Below are positions 40,200 through 48,305 of a stretch of DNA of 64,000 nt, piece by piece (the stretch's first letter is position 1; each line of letters opens with the position of its first letter). This DNA is from Candidatus Tayloriibacteriota bacterium. GTDB lineage: Bacteria > Patescibacteriota > Minisyncoccia > Phycocordibacterales > PALSA-1337. The stretch lies in the NCBI GenBank assembly GCA_037129895.1, contig JBAXUB010000003.1, positions 2,699-66,698 of the forward strand, given 5' to 3'. The position numbers and the translations under genes were made by a program. The notes beneath the pieces were generated by a model. The model was not told the DNA's origin, made no database searches, and saw only the letters and a list, made by a program, of their open reading frames with translations.

Positions 40200-41039
40200 A
40201 TGGGCAATCAGATCGGCGAGTACAATTATTATCAGTCTATAGCATTTTGGGTTAAAATGAACAAAACCATGAACAATATTTTACAGACAAAATCAGCGAA
40301 AAAAATGTATTTAGATCGCCAATCGGAATTTAACGATATTATAGAGTTGTTACGCGTGTACAGGATCGACACTAAAAGAACAATAATTGCACTTGGTGGT
40401 GCGGAATCAATCACAGGCATATATAACTCTTTGGATAGGTCGGTACTCGGTTCTGTTGCTTCCGACAAAATCAAAATGCTTTATGTACCTATTGGCGTTT
40501 TCGGAAATGCTGATATTGTCAAAACAGTTGATGAATATGTAACGATTGTAAAGAGGTATTATCAAGGTTTGGGTAGTGAGGTTGATTTTAAGTATGTAAG
40601 CCCTCATGATTCTGAGGATGAGATTATTTCAAAAATTAAGGAGGCAGGCATAGTTTATTTAGCAGGAGGTGATACAAAATATTTAATCGAGAAGCTAAGT
40701 GCACCCAAAATAGAAGAGGCACTTAAAGAATCTTATGAAAAAGGAACAATTCTGATTGGAAACAGTGCTGGTATATTGTGTCTTCTTCAAAATCCAGTTT
40801 CATTTTCCTATGGTGATGAGCCAGAATACATGAAAGGTCTTGGATTACTAAAAAAATATTGCATCCTGGTTCACTATTCACCAGAGAAGGATGCACATAT
40901 AAAAAAAATACAGAAGCAAGTTAAGGATGATCAAATAGTACTGCTACCTGAATCTGGTGCCGCAATATTTATAAATGAGGAGCTCGTAGCTTCTACGGAA
41001 AAAAATAGCGTGTTACCCACTGCTGGTAACACGCGCTAG
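40200..41039 (+). CDS. Peptidase E (S51, class I glutamine amidotransferase-like)
   Basis: LYVPI, YLAGGDT, GNSAG nucleophile, GLGLL, VHY; same frame as the upstream ORF. Confidence 0.85.
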   Translation: MGNQIGEYNYYQSIAFWVKMNKTMNNILQTKSAKKMYLDRQSEFNDIIELLRVYRIDTKRTIIALGGAESITGIYNSLDRSVLGSVASDKIKMLYVPIGVFGNADIVKTVDEYVTIVKRYYQGLGSEVDFKYVSPHDSEDEIISKIKEAGIVYLAGGDTKYLIEKLSAPKIEEALKESYEKGTILIGNSAGILCLLQNPVSFSYGDEPEYMKGLGLLKKYCILVHYSPEKDAHIKKIQKQVKDDQIVLLPESGAAIFINEELVASTEKNSVLPTAGNTR

Positions 41040-41061
41040 TTGATTGGCTTGGGACTCGCTA

Positions 41062-42552
41062 TTAGTCAGTGTAGTGTCCGATCGATGAGCTCAATGTATC
41101 AGGATTTACAGTGATCCTACCAAGGACTTGCTGTCTATCATTTTCGGTGGGTTCTTGGAATGATCTATTGCCATGAACCTGGGCCGTAATTTCAGCAAGG
41201 TCGTCCACGAACTTTTGATAAAACTGGCGCGTATACTCACATGCACGCTTATCACAGTTCATCATGTTTCCTGATTGTACCCACGATTCGTAGGCACAGG
41301 CATTCCCACATATCCCTATGGCTTTACAACCTTGACATGTATCGATGTAGACAGGTGAGCGTCGCTGAAGTGAATCTAGGATGTTTGGTTTCATCGAACA
41401 ACAATTAGCTGGTTCGATAGTCATACCACTAGCTAGTGTGTTAAGAGCTAGGAATGATTTACATGGACCGATGTTGCCTCGGGCATCAATGTTAATCGTT
41501 GTACCAGCGGCGGCTCCGCAATCGTGGTATCTGAACCTTCTGGTAACAAATGGATGGACTCTTCTGTACACGAGTTCAAAGAATAGTCCTGTGTTACGAA
41601 ACACACGGAAAGCATCATATGTTGCTTGGACGAAGTCAATAGGCGTGATCAGGAATGGGAAGTCCCCTTGACTCTTTGTTGGAGGCTTCATGTAGTTCAC
41701 TCCGATGCTTACTGGCCGATATTCTTCCAACATGGTTGAGATTTCACGTTTAAGATGGCAGACGTTGTGTTTTCCAATCACCATCGAAAGACCGAGTTCT
41801 ATACCAAAGCTGTTGAGTAGGCGGATGCCCATGTCAACTTGTTTGAATGATCCACGACCAGTGTGGTCTTTGCGCAGTATATCGTGGATGTCCTGTTGGC
41901 CATCAATCGATACTATCACCTTGATGTTATGGTGAGATAGATATTTCGCCCGTTCCGCGTTGATCAATATTCCGTTTGTGCCAAGCGCGATGAAGTATCT
42001 TTCACCAGCGCGTTTGAGCGATTCGACGAGAACGATTATTTGTTTTACACGTTCCCAAGCTATTAAAGGTTCCCCACCTGAAATATGTATGACCTTAGGC
42101 GTCGATGGGACGGAACCATTAAAGAAGAGTTCGATTACGTGTTTAAGATCCTCTGGTGATGCGGCCCGTTTAGTTACTGTAGTGATATTGTGCATAACCT
42201 TACAATAATCACAGCTCAGGTTGCAAACGTCTGTAAGGAGGATGCGTAGAAGCCTGTACCCACTATTACGGGTGCTCGTTTCTGGAGTTATGAAGTCAGT
42301 TAACTGTTCGTTTTCAGATAAAGCTACAAACGAGCCTCTGTTCAATGTCTCCACAAGATGCTTCGCTTCAGTGGGACAATATAATTGTTCCGCAAATGCG
42401 GAGACTTCTTCTTGTGTCCTATCACTAGTTATGAAATTTGCAAGTCTAATCAATCTGTTATCGCCGAATATTTGATTCAGCGAAACCGATTGGGATAAAA
42501 CCTGCAGTCCATTGCTAGCAATCATGGACTTGCTGAATTTTGATAATCTCAT
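41062..42552 (-). CDS. Radical SAM/SPASM enzyme
   Basis: CNLSCDYC, GGEPL, SIDG; SPASM C..GNIGPC..CQGC....ICGNAC. Confidence 0.93.
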   Translation of the reverse strand: MRLSKFSKSMIASNGLQVLSQSVSLNQIFGDNRLIRLANFITSDRTQEEVSAFAEQLYCPTEAKHLVETLNRGSFVALSENEQLTDFITPETSTRNSGYRLLRILLTDVCNLSCDYCKVMHNITTVTKRAASPEDLKHVIELFFNGSVPSTPKVIHISGGEPLIAWERVKQIIVLVESLKRAGERYFIALGTNGILINAERAKYLSHHNIKVIVSIDGQQDIHDILRKDHTGRGSFKQVDMGIRLLNSFGIELGLSMVIGKHNVCHLKREISTMLEEYRPVSIGVNYMKPPTKSQGDFPFLITPIDFVQATYDAFRVFRNTGLFFELVYRRVHPFVTRRFRYHDCGAAAGTTINIDARGNIGPCKSFLALNTLASGMTIEPANCCSMKPNILDSLQRRSPVYIDTCQGCKAIGICGNACAYESWVQSGNMMNCDKRACEYTRQFYQKFVDDLAEITAQVHGNRSFQEPTENDRQQVLGRITVNPDTLSSSIGHYTD

Positions 42553-42815
42553 TCAGTTTCCTTTTGTTGTAAATGATCAACTATGTTGAGAAATCTTGGG
42601 GATAAATTTGGTACCGTTTAGGTACGTTTCTATGGAAATATATATCACAAAATAGTAGAAATGGCAAGCTGTTAGCAAATCTTATCTTATCTGGAACGTT
42701 TGTGGTTTGTTAAACAATAGTGCACAACCTGGTGGGGTAATTGAATGTTGGAATACTTTTTGTCGTTTTACCCATATTCTTCCTTATCCCAGTTCCAACA
42801 TCCTCCTACCGCGTC

Positions 42816-42903
42816 CGCGCATAGATTTGAGGTCAATAGTAAGCCACAGAAAGTATGTGGATCTAGAGGACTTGAGCTGTGGTATAATTTTTGTATAGAA
42901 TTT
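42816..42903 (+). repeat. Direct repeat of about 88 bp, right copy
   Basis: Matches 37267-37355 with a few substitutions and one indel. Confidence 0.9.
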
Positions 42904-42917
42904 TAATATACGAGTTT

Positions 42918-43685
42918 ATGCCAACAGAACAAATGAATTTCGATCAATTGATATCAAAACTGTCCAATAATCAGAATGTGGACGCGCTACTTCTGTGTGG
43001 TTCAACTGCTACACAAACGCGTACTACTAGTAGTGATTATGATCTTGTTGTTATTGTCAAAGATAAGCCTGAAAAGCTAGTGTCGATGTTTGCAACGATC
43101 GGTAACGTACCAGCTGATATTTTTTTCTTTACAATATTGGAAATAGAAACTATTTTGAAGAACATGAGTGTGAAAGATGGTGCGGAGATGTGGCTATTGA
43201 ATTGGCTCGAAACTGGCAAGATTTCCTTCGATAAGTCTGGGACCTTAACGAAACTGCAAGAAACGAGAAGGAGTGTACAGAAGCCAGACAATGTTTCTTT
43301 GGCTAAGTCCTACGAATACAAGATCAATTATAATCTTCTGGCTAATACACGGTATTTTGAATCTAAAGATGAGCTTTATCATGCGGCACTAGAGATCCGT
43401 CTTTTATATTCCATTGTCGAAGCACTGGTCGGATATTTTACTATGCGTGCCATAAATTGGGAAGGAGAGAAGAGTGCTATCCTATATCTAAGAAAGAACG
43501 ACCCAGCATATCTGAAAGTATTTGAGTCAGTCTGTAGAGAGACATCTCTTTTTAGTAAGTTCGCTTCTTACAAGAAATTAGTTGAGGAGTCATTTTATGG
43601 TAAATACAAGAAGTGGGATAATGATATTGCTGTTAGTATGGATGGTGACTTCGGTGAATTCTGGAGGGGTCTATTGAATATGTAA
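42918..43685 (+). CDS. Pol-beta-type nucleotidyltransferase domain protein
   Basis: GSTATQTRTTSSDYD (GSx10DxD) followed by a helical domain. Confidence 0.8.
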   Translation: MPTEQMNFDQLISKLSNNQNVDALLLCGSTATQTRTTSSDYDLVVIVKDKPEKLVSMFATIGNVPADIFFFTILEIETILKNMSVKDGAEMWLLNWLETGKISFDKSGTLTKLQETRRSVQKPDNVSLAKSYEYKINYNLLANTRYFESKDELYHAALEIRLLYSIVEALVGYFTMRAINWEGEKSAILYLRKNDPAYLKVFESVCRETSLFSKFASYKKLVEESFYGKYKKWDNDIAVSMDGDFGEFWRGLLNM

Positions 43686-43723
43686 TCCTGTTGACTTCAT
43701 GGTATTTTTTGATAATATAGAGG

Positions 43724-43800
43724 TACAAGTGGCTTCGGCCTAACCCTCGAAAGGGGGAGAAAAGAGAAAAACCGTCAAAATAATTTTTTGACGGTTTTTC
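43724..43800 (+). ncRNA. Candidate small RNA convergent on the PemK gene
   Basis: TTGACT-16-TAATAT (43691-43718); UUCG and GAAA hairpins; 15-bp stem over the toxin stop codon. Confidence 0.5.
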
Positions 43801-44368
43801 TTAAATTTTGAAATATATCGATCTCTAGGAAACCAATTTTTTCAACCAAGCGCCTTGTATCTATTGCGCGAACCTGAGACAAGATGGCAGAAGCGTGTTT
43901 TCCTTGAATTTCTCCTATAGGCACACGTAAATAATGTTTACGAAGAGAAGTGGTGAGAGGTATAACCATACAGATATTGGCCCCAAATCCACGGATGATC
44001 AAAACTGGTCTTAAGAAGTCCTCTCCATTACCATCTTGCTCCGAGCCTATGTTTATACCTAGTCTGCACCACCAAACTTCCCGTACAGTATAGAGGCGCG
44101 GTTTTTCTATATGTACAAGTTTCTTCTTGAAATTCCAACTGTCAAATTCTTTATTAATAGAAACTGGGTCTTCGAATGAGAACCTGATACCGTATTCTAC
44201 GCCAAATTCACTATTTCGAATATGATTTTCAGCTTCTTTTGCGGCTGTATATAGCAGGTCAAATGTACCAAGGACACTGATTTCTCCATTGGTATCAAAA
44301 TCCATTTCAGAAACATAATATTTTCCTGTAGGCGTTTCTTCTATTTGAATGTAATTATTTGTACTCAT
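43775..44368 (-). CDS. PemK/MazF-family toxin with an N-terminal extension
   Basis: LGINIGSEQDG..FLRPVLII, PLTT, SQVRAIDTRRL. Confidence 0.88.
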   Translation of the reverse strand: MSTNNYIQIEETPTGKYYVSEMDFDTNGEISVLGTFDLLYTAAKEAENHIRNSEFGVEYGIRFSFEDPVSINKEFDSWNFKKKLVHIEKPRLYTVREVWWCRLGINIGSEQDGNGEDFLRPVLIIRGFGANICMVIPLTTSLRKHYLRVPIGEIQGKHASAILSQVRAIDTRRLVEKIGFLEIDIFQNLRKTVKKLF

Positions 44369-44576
44369 GATTTTGTTTGATTTATGTCTAATAATAGTTA
44401 CTACTAACCTAAACTAAAAAACTGCGACGAGTGAGTGCGTCATAATTATATAATTGTATGTCTTTTTTATCCTGAGAAATACTTACGATCTGAAACAGGA
44501 TCATTGTATCAGGTCAACTAATATTTTACAAAAAACAAAGGGTTTGAGAGTATTTAAACTGTGATAGAATTAACCC

Positions 44577-44987
44577 ATGAACAACTACAACTGGTACTCA
44601 CAACTTATCAAACCCACATGGTCACCACCATCATGGCTTTTTGGGCCGGTATGGACGGTACTGTATGTGATCATCGCAGTTACTTTTGGTACAGTATTTT
44701 ACAAGACATTTACGGGTAAACTATCGTGGATCGTGGCTCTACCTTTTATTCTCAACCTGATCTTCAATTTCGCATTTACACCATTGCAATTTGGTCTCAA
44801 GAACAATCTACTGGCTGCAGTAGACATCCTCCTTATTCTGGGAACACTCATCTGGGCACTCTATGCCGTCTGGCACGCATCAACAGAGCTCCGCTTTATT
44901 GTATACGCCAATATTCCGTATCTGTTATGGGTATCGTTTGCCACGTCTTTGCAATTGACTATCACTGTACTCAATAGACATATATAA
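44577..44987 (+). CDS. tspO: TspO/MBR sensory protein
   Basis: WYSQLIKPTWSPPSWLFGPVWTVLY and PYLLWVSFA. Confidence 0.93.
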   Translation: MNNYNWYSQLIKPTWSPPSWLFGPVWTVLYVIIAVTFGTVFYKTFTGKLSWIVALPFILNLIFNFAFTPLQFGLKNNLLAAVDILLILGTLIWALYAVWHASTELRFIVYANIPYLLWVSFATSLQLTITVLNRHI

Positions 44988-45314
44988 ATGAATAATGAAA
45001 AAATAGAAAATTCACAGGATAGAATCCCAGCCAAAGAAGAAGTACTAAAAATAGTAGGCAGATTTGCAGAAAATTTTACTATTTTGAGTGAGTTGTCTGA
45101 TGAATGGGGTATTTATTCTTTGGAAGCGAAAGCTAGTGGATTAGAAAACAATGAGAGTGTCATCTATGATTATTCAAGGAAGGGTAGGTATGCAGATGGT
45201 CATCAGTCAGGAGCAACGGTTATTTATGCAGTTTCATATAATGGTGATATACCCACTGGCGGAGAGACGGTGGCTGAGATCGATGAAAAAACGGGTGAGT
45301 GGGTATTTAATTAG
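44988..45314 (+). CDS. Hypothetical protein
   Basis: 108-aa ORF abutting tspO. Confidence 0.65.
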   Translation: MNNEKIENSQDRIPAKEEVLKIVGRFAENFTILSELSDEWGIYSLEAKASGLENNESVIYDYSRKGRYADGHQSGATVIYAVSYNGDIPTGGETVAEIDEKTGEWVFN

Positions 45315-45432
45315 TTTTGATGGTTTGTAAAAGTGTCAAAAAAGTTGACGCTTTTTGCAAGTGGCGGGAAGGAGGTGGTATGTGGCGGCTGATAGTTCTT
45401 AAAATCAGTTAAAGAGTAGTATACTTAACAGT

Positions 45433-46062
45433 ATGAAAAGACCAAGTCTACCACAGTCACAGGATTTGCCTATTATCTCAAGGGACCAGCTGCATGACTT
45501 ATATATTACGTGTCGTCAATCAGTTTCTGCAATCGCTATTTTGTTAAAATGTTCTCAGAATAGAATTAACTACTGGCTGGCAAAATATCATATACCAAAA
45601 AGGACTATTTCCGAGGCAATTTATCAGTTAAGAAATCCTAAGGGTGATCCGTTTCTATATAAACCACCGGATAGTTTAGAGACAGCAGTATTGTTTGGAA
45701 TGGGACTCGGGTTATATTGGGGTGAAGGCTCAAAACGTGGGACGGGTGGTGTTAGATTGACTAATACAGATCCGAGATTGCTAAGAAAATTCATTGAGTT
45801 TTTACAAGTATCATTCAACATTGATAGGTTTAAGTTGAGATTTGGCCTCCAAATATTCGATGATCTTTCGAAAGTTAAGACTTTGTCATATTGGACTCGC
45901 GAACTCGGAGTCAGCAGAAAACAGTTTTATAAGATTATTGTTTCAAAGATTCGCGGTAAAGGAACATATAAGATTAAGTCTGCAAATGGTGTGATAATTG
46001 TATATTTCAATAATATCAAACTGAAGAGACAGATCTGTGCCATGATTGATAATATCAGATAA
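45433..46062 (+). CDS. HTH plus single-motif LAGLIDADG-like protein
   Basis: SVSAIAILLKCS HTH; GLGLYWGEGSK; NTDP; immediately upstream of tRNA-Thr. Confidence 0.7.
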   Translation: MKRPSLPQSQDLPIISRDQLHDLYITCRQSVSAIAILLKCSQNRINYWLAKYHIPKRTISEAIYQLRNPKGDPFLYKPPDSLETAVLFGMGLGLYWGEGSKRGTGGVRLTNTDPRLLRKFIEFLQVSFNIDRFKLRFGLQIFDDLSKVKTLSYWTRELGVSRKQFYKIIVSKIRGKGTYKIKSANGVIIVYFNNIKLKRQICAMIDNIR

Positions 46063-46154
46063 ATAGTTTATTCTTACAGAGCTGCAAGGATGCCGATGCA
46101 GGTGTCTTGGTAGTTAAACCAGAAATGGTAATTTTGAAAATATAATATAGTTAT

Positions 46155-46425
46155 GCCGATGTAGCTCAGTTGGTAGAGCACGCCATTGGTAGGTCGTAAG
46201 ACCCTGCCCATATATGAGGTAACTCGTATATGAATCCCGAATTACGGTTAAAGTCCACAGAACATATTATTGCGGATAAGACCGTGGCGCTTCAAGTAGA
46301 TGCGCCCGAACGACTGACAAGGGTTTCCATTGTTCGAATGGAAAAAGATACAGTCTAGTCCTTGCTGTAAAGTGAGGTGTAAACGAATGGCGAGGTCTCC
46401 GGTTCAATCCCGGACGTCGGCTCCA
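46155..46425 (+). tRNA. tRNA-Thr(GGT) split by a group I intron (exons 46155-46190 and 46386-46425)
   Basis: Joined exons give a perfect cloverleaf with CGCCA TTGGTAA TGGCG and encoded CCA. Confidence 0.92.
46191..46385 (+). ncRNA. Group I self-splicing intron, 195 nt
   Basis: Exon ends in U and intron ends in G; P1 with U-G wobble; P7 strands GACTG and CAGTC in AACGACTGAC and AAGATACAGTCTAG. Confidence 0.88.
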
Positions 46426-46471
46426 ATTCCTCATGTGGATTCTCTATCCACATTGTCGTATACTAGACACC

Positions 46472-47041
46472 ATGATCATTATCGGAATAACAGGCACATT
46501 GGGCGCTGGAAAAGGCGTGGCGGTGTCATATTTGGAGAAAAAAGGGTTTCAACATTTTTCGGCTAGAAGTTTCATCCTCGAAGAGGTGCGTCGCAGGGGA
46601 CTGCCGGAAGTTAGAGATTCCAATGTCACCGTGGCGAATGACTTGCGCAAGAATCATTCTCCGAGTTATATTCTAGAAAGCCTGTACAATATGGCTGCAA
46701 AAAGCGGTCAAAACAGTGTATTGGAGTCAGTCAGAACTCCAGGCGAAGTTGATTTCCTAAAGAAGCAAGAGTCATTCTATCTTCTCTCAGTTGATGCTGA
46801 TCAGAAGGAGAGATATAGGAGAGTTGTGAAGAGGAATACGTCTTTTGACAATGTAACATTCGAAGAATTCCAATTACACGATTCGAGAGAGATGGAAGCC
46901 ACGGATCCTAACAAACAGAATATAGCTGAATGCATGAGGCTCGCTGACTTCAGTCTCGTGAACGATGGAACGATAGAAGAATTTCACGCGAAGTTAGAGG
47001 TGATGTTGAAGGAGATAAATGGGAGGAAAAATTTATTATAG
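46472..47041 (+). CDS. P-loop kinase (dephospho-CoA/NMP kinase-like)
   Basis: IGITGTLGAGKG, SVRTPGE, NDGT. Confidence 0.8.
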   Translation: MIIIGITGTLGAGKGVAVSYLEKKGFQHFSARSFILEEVRRRGLPEVRDSNVTVANDLRKNHSPSYILESLYNMAAKSGQNSVLESVRTPGEVDFLKKQESFYLLSVDADQKERYRRVVKRNTSFDNVTFEEFQLHDSREMEATDPNKQNIAECMRLADFSLVNDGTIEEFHAKLEVMLKEINGRKNLL

Positions 47042-47045
47042 TTGT

Positions 47046-47121
47046 GCCGATGTAGCTCAGTTGGTAGAGCGCCACTTTCGTAAAGTGGATGTCCCCGGTT
47101 CGATTCCGGGCATCGGCTCCA
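47046..47121 (+). tRNA. tRNA-Thr(CGT)
   Basis: CCACT TTCGTAA AGTGG; encoded CCA. Confidence 0.95.
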
Positions 47122-47214
47122 AAACGTCTGATCTTGGTGCGGAGTAGTATTAAGGTAGGTGTTACAAAGAATCTGGTATAATGATATTGTGATGGCACAA
47201 GTTTAATAACCACA

Positions 47215-48141
47215 ATGGGAGACTATATTTCGAGAATTGAATCAATCAAGATATCTTATCCAGACTTAAAGGATGAGAATTTTGTGCCTGCAAAAAGTGG
47301 TACTCATCATGCAGTATTTATATCGAAAAATTTTGTGATCCGTTTCAGAGATGATAATCCGAGTCTACTTCAGCGAGAAGCGAAGCTTCTAGAAACGATT
47401 TCAGATACGCTGGTTCCAAAAGTTCTGTGGAAGAATTTTGAAGAAAAAGTGGGTGTCATCGTGGAAAATCGCTTACATGGAGAGAATATTAGTTTGGTAT
47501 GGAAATCATTATCAGTACAAGAAAGATCTAAATTAGTAAGTGGGTTAGTTGAATTTATTGGGAAACTTAGAAATATTGTGGGGAACAGGGTGTCTTCTGT
47601 TAGTAATGGTAAAGAGTATTCAAATTTTATTGATTTATTGCTTGATGGAGTACAGGAAAAGATTTCAAAGATATCTGAGTTCGATAAGGCTCGTGCCGTT
47701 ATTGCCGAAATTGAGCAGACTATTTCAGGTCAGGATATGATTGGGGATTTGTTTAATGGGTCAAAGATTTCGCTGATTCATGGTGATTTGATCAATCATA
47801 ATTTGTTGTCTGATGGTGGCAAACTCACTGGTGTTTTAGACTGGGAATTGGCTTGTTATGGTGATCAGGATTTTGATTTGTTTAGGCTTTTCTACTATCG
47901 TGAATGTGCCATGGCTTATCACGGTCAGGGTGTTGATGATACTTATGAATCTGAATATATGGATATTCTGATTGAAGAAATATACAAGTCAGGTCTAATA
48001 GGTGACGATAATATTTTTCAAAAAAAATATGCCTTTGTACGAGCAATCTTTTTTGTTAATGCACTATATTGGGATGTTTCATCCAATAAGGCGGAGGAAA
48101 ATCTCGCGAGTACTATAAATTTGTGGTTTAAGGGTAAATAA
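47215..48141 (+). CDS. Aminoglycoside phosphotransferase/choline kinase-family protein
   Basis: HGDLINHNLL and GVLDWE. Confidence 0.88.
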   Translation: MGDYISRIESIKISYPDLKDENFVPAKSGTHHAVFISKNFVIRFRDDNPSLLQREAKLLETISDTLVPKVLWKNFEEKVGVIVENRLHGENISLVWKSLSVQERSKLVSGLVEFIGKLRNIVGNRVSSVSNGKEYSNFIDLLLDGVQEKISKISEFDKARAVIAEIEQTISGQDMIGDLFNGSKISLIHGDLINHNLLSDGGKLTGVLDWELACYGDQDFDLFRLFYYRECAMAYHGQGVDDTYESEYMDILIEEIYKSGLIGDDNIFQKKYAFVRAIFFVNALYWDVSSNKAEENLASTINLWFKGK

Positions 48142-48168
48142 AAAAGGGCCATGAACTAGTCGTGGCCC
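48140..48168 (-). terminator. Intrinsic terminator of the radical SAM-peptide unit
   Basis: GGGCCACGA-CTAGT-TCATGGCCC-TTTTTT. Confidence 0.75.
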
Positions 48169-48187
48169 CGCTGAAAGTTGGGTAAAC

Positions 48188-48280
48188 CTACTTACAGCTA
48201 GTTCGTCTCCCAAAATGTTCCGAACCACCACGTGGTGGGGTTAATTTCGAGATGCGAATCTTTTTTGTTTTGATTTTCAT
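48188..48280 (-). CDS. 30-aa candidate RiPP precursor MKIKTKKIRISKLTPPRGGSEHFGRRTSCK
   Basis: AAAGGAAATT-ATG RBS, 25 nt after the radical SAM stop, followed by a terminator; absent from the ORF track. Confidence 0.75.
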   Translation of the reverse strand: MKIKTKKIRISKLTPPRGGSEHFGRRTSCK

Positions 48281-48305
48281 AATTTCCTTTGTCTAGAGAT
48301 TACTC

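Noticed and set aside
42580-42648. Short GTG-start ORF just upstream of the first radical SAM gene as a precursor
   Set aside because: No RBS, and its start overlaps the putative -10 element.
46330-46566. 78-aa ORF as an intron-encoded protein
   Set aside because: It runs through the intron core and tRNA exon 2 and has no nuclease motif.
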